A DNA stretch of 64,000 bases. Source: an uncultured Bacilli bacterium. GTDB taxonomy: Bacteria; Bacillota_I; Bacilli_A; RF39; UBA660. This document shows, piece by piece, positions 45,259 through 52,632 of the stretch. The notes beneath the pieces were generated by a model, which was not told the origin of the DNA, ran no database searches, and saw only the letters and a program-made list of their open reading frames with translations. The stretch lies in NCBI GenBank assembly GCA_910584255.1, contig CAJTXV010000006.1:1280-65279 (forward strand), in the 5' to 3' direction. Position 1 is the stretch's first letter; the number at the start of each line of letters is the position of its first letter. A program made the translations under genes and the position numbers.

Positions 45259-47790
45259 TTAAGAAATTGCTTTTTGATAGATTTCCTCTTCTTCTTGTTC
45301 TTCTTGTTGTGCAAGTAAACGAATTTGTGCTTCAATTGTACTTAAATCAAACAATGGAGTATAAGTATTTTCTTGTTTTACACCTAACACTATAATTGGT
45401 GCATTTTCTTTTGCATCTTGATTGACTTTATAAGTACCTTCTTCTACTACCTCATCATGAATTGAAAGATTTCTAACTACTGGAATCACATCTAACTCTC
45501 TAGGAGTATAGGCTACTTCCTCAGTTTCTACTCTTTCTAATACTGGTTGTTCTTTTGTATCTAGATTAATAAATGTGAAATCATAATTATAATCTGGTTT
45601 ATTATATCTATTTTCTTCTACTTCATCTTCTTCTCCTAATAAAATTTCACGAAGGTCTTCTAAAGTAGAGGTATAGAAATTTTCTATTTTTTCTTTTAGT
45701 GTTTTTTGATTACGAGATTGGTATGCTTCATAATAAGAGATAAAATCCCTACATTCGTTATGAATGCTTTTAATAATACTATTTACTTCTGATTGAGCAA
45801 CATATCTTAATTTACGAATCTTATTATTGACTTCTTCTACACTACATTTGTAGTTATACCATAATCTTCCTTCATCATTTTCTAGGTTTCTCTTAGCCCT
45901 TAATTCTTTACTAAGTCTATGACATATTTGCTCAAACTCTTCACCACGAAGATTCTTTATTTCAAGTCCTAATAATATTTTACATGTATTATAATGATAG
46001 TTTGCATTACGTATTAATACTCTTGTTGGCTTTTCATATGGATATTCGGTTACCTCATCATATTCTTCTATATATTCATCTATTTCTTCTTCTAAAGATT
46101 CTTGTTGCTGGATAGCTTCTTCATGAGTTAACTCTTCTGATTTTTCTAAATCCATAATTTCTTTCACTTCAAATGGTTCTTCTTTTAACTCTTCTTTATC
46201 TAAATTCATAATACTGCGTTCTATTGGCTTAATTCTTTTACCATTTTTTAAAGCTCTCATATTTTCTTCAATGTTATCTACTAATATTGGTAGTGTTTCC
46301 ATCATTAATTGAAATTGTGTTTCTGATATACTTTCAATTTCTAAAAGATTCATTACCGTTCCATCTGATTTTTCAAATTCTGCATCAAACAATTCATTAA
46401 ATCCTTCTCTTAACTTTTTCATGATGTTTAGAATTTTCTTTCTATTCATTTGGATTTTAGAATCTTTCTTTAACTGTCTAGAGATAACAGAGCCATACTT
46501 TCTTTCAATTCTTTTTCGAATGGTATTTAACTTATCTTGATAGTAATTATCTCTATATTCACGTACAAACATAAAAGTAAGCCCAGATTTTAAGTTATGA
46601 TCTAATTGTCCTCTTAAATTTTTAATCTGTTGTAAATACTCTTTCCTTGCATGTCTTAGATTTCTAGAATGCATTCTGATTTTTCTTTTTGCTTCTCTTC
46701 TCAAACGAAGTGTTTCAATCCATGAAACTTTTTCTTCTTGATTTTCTTCTTTTACTTCGCTAGTTTCTGCTGGAATCACTCCACCAACTTCTAAAGAATC
46801 TATCATGTCATCGACAGACTCATTTTGAATAGAATCTAATTTTGTATTGACATCTTTTAATACAGAATCAAAATCAAGTAATTTCTCTTCATCATAATCA
46901 TCGATTGTGTTTGTCTCAAACAATTGGATATTAGAAATCATACCTTCAATTTCTTCTCTTTCTTTTTGGGATATAGTTTTTAAGTAATCTCCAATTTTTG
47001 TATCTAAACTCATTTTATCGAAGTACGACGCAAGTGGTAATGCTTGTTCACAACTTTCTAAAGCATCAAAAATGTATAGGATATCCATACGAGTATTCAT
47101 ATCTTCTACATATTGATAGTAAGAATGTAAGGCACCTTTTTTATCTTCAATCTCAAAATAATTTTGAATCATAGTAAGAAGATCTAAAACTGTCGTATCT
47201 TTTAGATTTTGAATCATTTTTAAACTTTCTTTTAATGTCTGTTTGTATGCAGTTACTTCTTCACTATTTTCTATTTTTTTAAGATTACTAGGTGTTTCTT
47301 CTTTTTCAGGGATAAGAATTCCTTTTTCCATTAAAATAGTTTGTAGCTGCTTCATACCATTTTGAATTCGGTCAAAAGTAACCATATCTTCTTTCCTAAT
47401 TGTTTTATCACTAGAAAGTCCTTCTAACTCTTGCTCCAAATTAGATATTTGATATAGATTCATTAGTTCACGAAGATTATCGATATCCTCTTTTACTGTT
47501 CTTACTCTCGTTCCTTCATAATAATGTTCTAATTCTTCAATACTAGAGTTTATTTCACGTACAAAAGAAAGATCAGATAAAAGTTCTTCTTTTGTAATAT
47601 TTTTGAGATTTTGAAATTTCTTGAAGTTTTCTAATAATTGTTCCTTGTATTCTTTTAAAAGTTCTCTATGCATTTTTTGAAAGCATTTGTTCCCCATAGA
47701 AACCATTTTGTCTCTATATTCTTGATTTACAAATTTAGTTGTTGATTTACGAACTGCTTCAATTGCTATAACACTCTGTTCTTTTTGCAT
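45259..47790 (-). CDS. Large (843 aa) highly acidic, coiled-coil-rich hypothetical protein
   Basis: Start set at MQKEQSV (47790) after AGGAGGGGG. The sequence is dominated by E/K/L heptad-like stretches. No enzymatic motif, TM helix or signal peptide recognised. Confidence 0.6.
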   Translation of the reverse strand: MQKEQSVIAIEAVRKSTTKFVNQEYRDKMVSMGNKCFQKMHRELLKEYKEQLLENFKKFQNLKNITKEELLSDLSFVREINSSIEELEHYYEGTRVRTVKEDIDNLRELMNLYQISNLEQELEGLSSDKTIRKEDMVTFDRIQNGMKQLQTILMEKGILIPEKEETPSNLKKIENSEEVTAYKQTLKESLKMIQNLKDTTVLDLLTMIQNYFEIEDKKGALHSYYQYVEDMNTRMDILYIFDALESCEQALPLASYFDKMSLDTKIGDYLKTISQKEREEIEGMISNIQLFETNTIDDYDEEKLLDFDSVLKDVNTKLDSIQNESVDDMIDSLEVGGVIPAETSEVKEENQEEKVSWIETLRLRREAKRKIRMHSRNLRHARKEYLQQIKNLRGQLDHNLKSGLTFMFVREYRDNYYQDKLNTIRKRIERKYGSVISRQLKKDSKIQMNRKKILNIMKKLREGFNELFDAEFEKSDGTVMNLLEIESISETQFQLMMETLPILVDNIEENMRALKNGKRIKPIERSIMNLDKEELKEEPFEVKEIMDLEKSEELTHEEAIQQQESLEEEIDEYIEEYDEVTEYPYEKPTRVLIRNANYHYNTCKILLGLEIKNLRGEEFEQICHRLSKELRAKRNLENDEGRLWYNYKCSVEEVNNKIRKLRYVAQSEVNSIIKSIHNECRDFISYYEAYQSRNQKTLKEKIENFYTSTLEDLREILLGEEDEVEENRYNKPDYNYDFTFINLDTKEQPVLERVETEEVAYTPRELDVIPVVRNLSIHDEVVEEGTYKVNQDAKENAPIIVLGVKQENTYTPLFDLSTIEAQIRLLAQQEEQEEEEIYQKAIS

Positions 47791-47871
47791 AATACCCCCT
47801 CCTAAATTGGCACATATTTTACTATAATTTCTTGTATTTGTCAAGTATTTTCATTTTTATTTAATTTTTTT

Positions 47872-48366
47872 CTATTCTACAGTTTGTTTTTCTATTCTTG
47901 ATAATACATAGTCTCTACATTCCTCGTAGGAAATATTTAGAGAAACAGATAGCTCATTATACAGATAGTTTTGAGCTTTTTCTAAGTACTCTTGATCGCG
48001 ATCGGATGGTTTTTTATTCTTCTTTTCCCTTTCTCTTGCCTTTAAATAAGTCGTTTTTATAATTCTAATTAAATCACCAGAGTTATTCGTGTTTAAAAGT
48101 GCTTGATACTCATACCCTAAGTTTCGGTCATCTACTTCGATTGGATCAATTCCTGGAATTTGTGAGATAAAGCATTCTGCTTCTTCTTTCGTCATTACTT
48201 TTCTAAGATAACCACCTAAATTTTCTGTTGGAATATCAATTTTTAAAGATGGATCCTTGAAAGACTCTAATACATAGTAATCTTTTCCGTGATAATGATT
48301 TTTCTTAATTTCTTTAATTGTGCATAAATCCTTTTTATAAATGACTTTTTCTCCTAATTCAAACAT
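47872..48366 (-). CDS. CarD/CdnL/TRCF-domain family transcriptional regulator
   Basis: N-terminal MFELGEKVIYKKDLCTIKEI...GKDYYVLES (Tudor-like RNAP-interacting domain), then ...LRKVMTKEEAECFISQIPGI... and a helical C-terminal domain. Confidence 0.65.
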   Translation of the reverse strand: MFELGEKVIYKKDLCTIKEIKKNHYHGKDYYVLESFKDPSLKIDIPTENLGGYLRKVMTKEEAECFISQIPGIDPIEVDDRNLGYEYQALLNTNNSGDLIRIIKTTYLKAREREKKNKKPSDRDQEYLEKAQNYLYNELSVSLNISYEECRDYVLSRIEKQTVE

Positions 48367-48433
48367 TCTAATCCCCCTATAAAGAAAATAAATTCTAAAG
48401 CAGTGTCAATTATATCTCGTTGTTTTTTTGTAT

Positions 48434-48462
48434 ATTATAACACTTTTTTAGAATTCTTGTAA
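48434..48462 (-). promoter_or_regulatory. Sigma-70-type promoter (extended -10) for the CarD-like/843-aa operon
   Basis: Minus strand: TTACAA (48462-48457), 17 nt ending in TGT, TATAAT (48439-48434). Confidence 0.45.
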
Positions 48463-48479
48463 GAAAAAGTTTTAATATT

Positions 48480-49658
48480 TTATAAATCTTTCAATGCTTT
48501 ATCTATTTTTCTATCCTTGAATTTGATTATAATGAATATAATCAATAAAATAAATAAGGAAATTCCCCCGATGATATAATGCTTTTTTTCTAGTTTTATT
48601 TTTAATTTTTTTGATTTTTTCTTATTTTTATTTTTCTTATTGGTAGTAGTTAGATTCTCTTTTGTTGTATCTTTTATTTTCGCAGAAATCGTATAAGTTC
48701 TTTTTTCCCCATTTTCAGCTGTGACTTCGATTTTTACTTGATGATTATTTGCTTCTAAGTTATCGAAACCTATTATATTTTTTGTTGCCTTTTCGTCTTC
48801 TGGTGTTGCTGTTACATTTAAGGAATTTACATCTTTTAAAATTTCAATTTCATAATCATTTACATTTTTATCAAAGGAAAGTTGATAGTTTTTCACCTGT
48901 AGTAAACTTAAAAAATTATTATTTGATTTTTCTAAAGGTTGATTTGTATTTGTACTCGGATTTGAAGTTGGAGTAGAACTGATTTTAGGCGCTACCTTCG
49001 TTTCAAGGTTTTCTTTGATGGTATCCGTTTTAGGAGTTTCTGGTTGTGTATTTCCAATTTGACTTGTCGGTTCTTTGATTTCTGTTTGTTCTGTTTGATT
49101 AATTAAAATGGATTTATAAGTATTTTGTGCAACGTTATACTGACGTATATTATTTTTCATTGACTCTTCTAGATTTTCTTCATCTAGACTTAGTAAATCT
49201 ACATACCATACTCTAACATTATTAATTTTAACCATGGTAACTACATCGGTTGTTTGTTTTACATAAAAACGAATGGTCGTATTGATATTATTACAAAAAA
49301 CTTCATCTTGGCATTGTGTACTAAAAGCATCATTTCCATCATAAATGGCATATACAGTATAGCGACCAAAATCTCCTGAGATTTGTGTATTCCATGCATC
49401 ATGATTAAATGTCGTTGGTAGTAATACTTGTTGATTACATTCTATATCGTACTCAATATATGCAATATAAAAGGCATGGTCTCCTGTATCCCCGACTCCT
49501 GAAAAATTAATAGAGAATGATAAATCCACTTCTTCTCCTACTTTAGTTTCCCCAGGACCTGTAATATTAGAACCTGTAACCATTATAGAATCTATCGCTT
49601 TTACACGAAATGGTATTAATAAACAAATCACAAGTAAAATTAAAAATTTCTTTTTCAT
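48480..49658 (-). CDS. Membrane-anchored surface protein: signal peptide, cohesin-like(?) N-module, Thr/Pro/Asn linker, one cadherin-like repeat, C-terminal TM
   Basis: Signal peptide MKKKFLILLVICLLIPFRVKA. ...GETKVGEEVDLSFSINFSGV...IAYIEYDIECNQQVLL... Then FLSLLQVKNYQLSFDKNVNDYEIEI...VTAENGEKRTYTISAKIK. TM helix YIIGGISLFILLIIFIII. Confidence 0.7.
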   Translation of the reverse strand: MKKKFLILLVICLLIPFRVKAIDSIMVTGSNITGPGETKVGEEVDLSFSINFSGVGDTGDHAFYIAYIEYDIECNQQVLLPTTFNHDAWNTQISGDFGRYTVYAIYDGNDAFSTQCQDEVFCNNINTTIRFYVKQTTDVVTMVKINNVRVWYVDLLSLDEENLEESMKNNIRQYNVAQNTYKSILINQTEQTEIKEPTSQIGNTQPETPKTDTIKENLETKVAPKISSTPTSNPSTNTNQPLEKSNNNFLSLLQVKNYQLSFDKNVNDYEIEILKDVNSLNVTATPEDEKATKNIIGFDNLEANNHQVKIEVTAENGEKRTYTISAKIKDTTKENLTTTNKKNKNKKKSKKLKIKLEKKHYIIGGISLFILLIIFIIIKFKDRKIDKALKDL

Positions 49659-49898
49659 ACTCCCACCTATTATTTAAATTATACTCCTAAAATGGTTCGT
49701 TGGGCAACAATAATTAAATCTAATTATTTCTTTAACAATTGGAATTCAAAACATTCGTTAAAGAAAATGTAAAAATACAAAATATGGACATATTACAGTT
49801 TTTTGTTGTATATTATAAGCACATTCAATTAATGCATGTGAAAACATGGATGATTTTGTTATTTCGAAACCGAGTCTTTTTGGCTCGGTTTTCGCTTT

Positions 49899-50051
49899 TT
49901 ATATATTAGCAGATAAGGCTAATCTTTCATATAGTAAAAAAACAATCTGCCTCTCAAGTTTTCTAACACTCCATCTAGTATTTATACATTCATTCAAATA
50001 AAAGTTTCTTTTATTATTTTCTTCTATTTTTATTAATTCTAAATAGTGATA
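49899..50051 (-). pseudogene. Internal fragment of a DUF1016/YhcG-family (PD-(D/E)XK nuclease-like) gene
   Basis: My translation gives YHYLELIKIEENNKRNFYLNECINTRWSVRKLERQIVFLLYERLALSANI*. The ...WS.R.LERQI...LYER... block is the conserved N-terminal region of DUF1016 proteins. There is no start codon and the 50-aa frame is bounded by stops. Confidence 0.4.
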
Positions 50052-50301
50052 TTAACTAAATTGCGACGACACTGTTGTCGCAATTGGAAAATAAATATAA
50101 AATTTTCTATACCTATAACATGCTATATTTATAATGAAAAGTCCTTTACTTAAAAATAATTGCAAAATAAAAAGTGTTAGATTATTATATTCTTAATCAA
50201 AAAGGAAATAATATCTTACACATTTATATTATACAAAGAAAAACATAAATATTTCTGTCTAATTGAACATATTGGGTGTTGTTTTTTCTATAAATTTTCA
50301 A

Positions 50302-50398
50302 GTTAATTGGTCTTCCCAACTAGAATTTTGATACTGATATGTATCTGTTCTTATTATAGCATCTGTTTCTAGATTTTTGGTAATTTTTGTTAGTAAAT
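50302..50398. repeat. 97-nt displaced fragment of the Rhs gene (copy of 53720-53816)
   Basis: gttaattggtcttcccaaCtagaattttgatactGataTgtatctgttcttattatagcatctgtttctagatttttggtAatttttgttagtaaat has 4 mismatches in 97 nt against 53720-53816 (Rhs residues ~1643-1675). Flanks are unrelated. Confidence 0.85.
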
Positions 50399-50413
50399 AT
50401 TAGAGTTCATGTA

Positions 50414-50442
50414 AACAAAAAAGAAAAAGTGCCGAAGCACTT
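50414..50442 (-). terminator. Rho-independent terminator at the end of the Rhs/immunity array
   Basis: Minus strand: aagtgc-ttcg-gcactt followed by TTTCTTTTTTG, 12 nt after the stop at 50455. Confidence 0.6.
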
Positions 50443-50454
50443 AATTCTTAATTG

Positions 50455-50946
50455 TTACTTATTCATTTCATCTATTAAAGTACCATCTTTTTCCGCATTT
50501 TTTAGTGACCAGATTATCCCCCAATCGATGGTATTAATATTTTCCCAACCAATTCCCTCAAAATTCATGATTATATCGGATTCTTTCTTATATTTATTAT
50601 TCTTATCAATTATATTAAAATTTAATTGTTTCAACTCCCTTTTATTAAATGAAAATATCCTCATGGCATCTGTATATTTACAACGACCATTTACTTCTTT
50701 TATAAATTGGAGTTTATTGATTATGCTTTTATTAGGCTTTTCAGTTCCAACCCAATTATAAATAGCCACAATATCATGTTTATGAGAATATTTTCTTGGT
50801 AAACTTCCTATATTCATTTCTGCTATCCCTATAACTCTCAAAATCACATATCCTTTATACCATTTATTATCTTTAACTTCATCACTTTTAATTTGATATA
50901 GAAGTACATCCCCTACATCCCAAATTGGTTTTCCTAAAATAATCAT
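50455..50946 (-). CDS. Hypothetical 163-aa protein, likely orphan immunity protein
   Basis: Small cytoplasmic ORF last in the toxin/immunity array. No motif recognised; the call rests on position only. Confidence 0.4.
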   Translation of the reverse strand: MIILGKPIWDVGDVLLYQIKSDEVKDNKWYKGYVILRVIGIAEMNIGSLPRKYSHKHDIVAIYNWVGTEKPNKSIINKLQFIKEVNGRCKYTDAMRIFSFNKRELKQLNFNIIDKNNKYKKESDIIMNFEGIGWENINTIDWGIIWSLKNAEKDGTLIDEMNK

Positions 50947-50998
50947 CTTTACCTTTTTTTCTCTGGTTGAGGTGAATTTAATTTTTCTTTTAGTTCCC

Positions 50999-51310
50999 CT
51001 AATACTTTTTTCTTTTTGAATATTGATTTTTATTTTCTTCCCATCTTCCTAAATTTTTTCCTTCATCAATATGCTTAATTGCCTGTTCTTTTACTTCTGG
51101 AAGTAATCTTTCATATTTCCACTGGGTATCTGCCAAAGCAAACCAAAATAATGGTCCATCGTCTTCATCTTCTATCAAATCAATATTTCTTTCAATTACT
51201 TCTTTTGTCGCTTCTATATTTGAATAACCTATCTTTAACCAATTTAGATAATCACTTCTTACATCACATGTTACATCATCTTGATATAATCCTACTCCCC
51301 ATGCTCCCAT
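50999..51310 (-). CDS. DUF4259-like protein, putative immunity protein for the orphan GIY-YIG-like toxin
   Basis: N-terminal MGAWGVGLYQDDVTCDVRSDY matches the DUF4259 signature (MG-W-G-x-G-x-(F/Y)-x-(N/D)-D). Starts 12 nt after the orphan toxin stop. Confidence 0.55.
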   Translation of the reverse strand: MGAWGVGLYQDDVTCDVRSDYLNWLKIGYSNIEATKEVIERNIDLIEDEDDGPLFWFALADTQWKYERLLPEVKEQAIKHIDEGKNLGRWEENKNQYSKRKKY

Positions 51311-51322
51311 AGTTTTTCCTCC

Positions 51323-52162
51323 TTAATTACATGAAAATATATTTTCTGAACGCCACATCATGGCTGAATCCCAATACAACTGATATCTTGGATTCTTTAT
51401 TGATACACCGTTTATTTGATTATTCATTGGAAATTCTTTATTTCTCTTTAATGTTCTACATTCCATGATTAATGCTTGTTCTAATCCTCTCGCAGCATTT
51501 GCTGAAACATTGATTGCTACAGAATCAAAAATCAAATCTGTCCTAAACGGATTATTATGATGTCTATATTTAGTTGCCTGAATATCCTCTGTTCTACCCA
51601 CATATTCAACCATATGTGTAATAGGGTCTCTAAGAACATATACATTATGACCATCCTCTTCATCTTTCTGCCTAGGTTTAGTAAGTTCACTTACAACATC
51701 TTGTACAGCGTTAACAACAGTTCCTACAACTTGTGTTACCGCACGAACAATCACAGGTGCAGTCTTAACAGCAACATATCCTAATAGTACACCTAGTCCA
51801 AATGCTCCAGCAGCTCCAGTAGCTGCAAAACCACCAAAGGCAACAGCCACCGCAAAATTACCATCCGAGTCAACTAAGGTAATTGGGTTATTACTAGTAT
51901 AAGCATATAGATTATAACTATGAATATCTTGATTTGCTCCAATAATACCATCAACATTTATAAACCTACCCCACACTGGATTATAATACCTGCTATTTAA
52001 ATAATATAAGCCTGTTTCTGTGTCATAGTAGTATCCTCTATATCTAAATGGATTGATGATTCCTATATTAGTTTCATCTGTAATTTCATTTTGATTATGA
52101 TCTTTGATACTTAATAATTTTCCCCATGAATCATATTCGTAAGTTACAATTAAGCGATATTC
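51323..52162 (-). CDS. Start-less orphan Rhs C-terminal cassette: Rhs-core tail + Gly/Ala-rich hydrophobic segment + GIY-YIG-like nuclease toxin domain
   Basis: The frame is open from the in-frame TAA at 52163-52165. There is no ATG before the GTG at 51976 that the ORF track used. It reads EYRLIVTYEYDSWGKLLSIKDHNQNEITDETNIGIINPFRYRGYYYDTETGLYYLNSRYYNPVWGRFINVDG...LYAYTSNNPITLVDSDGNFA, then VAVAFGGFAATGAAGAFGLGVLLGYVAV, then ...HNVYVLRDPITHMVEYVGRTEDIQATKYRHH...ARGLEQALIMECR...N (GIY-x10-YxG-R...R...E...N). Confidence 0.7.
   Translation of the reverse strand, partial: EYRLIVTYEYDSWGKLLSIKDHNQNEITDETNIGIINPFRYRGYYYDTETGLYYLNSRYYNPVWGRFINVDGIIGANQDIHSYNLYAYTSNNPITLVDSDGNFAVAVAFGGFAATGAAGAFGLGVLLGYVAVKTAPVIVRAVTQVVGTVVNAVQDVVSELTKPRQKDEEDGHNVYVLRDPITHMVEYVGRTEDIQATKYRHHNNPFRTDLIFDSVAINVSANAARGLEQALIMECRTLKRNKEFPMNNQINGVSIKNPRYQLYWDSAMMWRSENIFSCN
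51851..52151. repeat. 301-bp homology block (orphan copy) shared with the 3' core of the Rhs gene
   Basis: Aligned by eye to 53053-53353 without gaps, ~21 mismatches (~93% identity). Identity stops exactly at the core/toxin junction (DSDGNFA) on one side and at IVTYEYDSWG on the other. Confidence 0.9.
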
Positions 52163-52166
52163 TTAT

Positions 52167-52619
52167 CTAATCTCCATAGGCAGAAAAAATCTCTTTAATT
52201 TTTCCGGTAGAAGGAATCAACTCTATTTTAGAAAAATGATTATTACTTGCATTATTTTTTAAAATTTTTAGTAATTTTTTATCCTTTGTATAGATTTCCA
52301 CAAACTCATTATCTGTTATAAATAATATCAACACACATTTACTTTTTAAAAATTCCTCATAATTATGAATCTCATAAATTTCCGTTTCTTTATTGTATAG
52401 TTGTATATTGCAAAAAACAGTATAATAATTCTCACTCTTTATTAAATTTTGAAATTCACTATTGGTATAGACTTGCTTATCAAACAATTCTAATCCTTTT
52501 TGAAAATATACCTCTGATTCAGCAATTATCCATTGAAAGTATCCTGTATCAATATGGGATAGTATCTTATTCAAGAAAGTGTTATATTCATTTTTTATCT
52601 TAAATCTTATTCCTATCAT
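52167..52619 (-). CDS. Putative cognate immunity protein of the main Rhs C-terminal toxin (150 aa)
   Basis: AAGGAGG RBS 7 nt before ATG 52619 (MIGIRFKIKNEY...), 13 nt after the Rhs stop. Small acidic cytoplasmic protein. It reminds me of DUF2691-type immunity proteins, but I cannot verify that. Confidence 0.55.
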   Translation of the reverse strand: MIGIRFKIKNEYNTFLNKILSHIDTGYFQWIIAESEVYFQKGLELFDKQVYTNSEFQNLIKSENYYTVFCNIQLYNKETEIYEIHNYEEFLKSKCVLILFITDNEFVEIYTKDKKLLKILKNNASNNHFSKIELIPSTGKIKEIFSAYGD

Positions 52620-52632
52620 AAAAATCCTCCTT

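Noticed and set aside
49780-49900. A possible small plus-strand RNA: TATAAG-type -10 near 49812, then a hairpin cgaaaccgag/ctcggttttcg (49865-49894) followed by CTTTTT on the plus strand.
   Set aside because: The only support is one terminator-like hairpin next to a pseudogene fragment. There is no convincing -35/-10 pair and no recognisable riboswitch or sRNA motif. It is more simply the leftover terminator of the decayed DUF1016 gene region.
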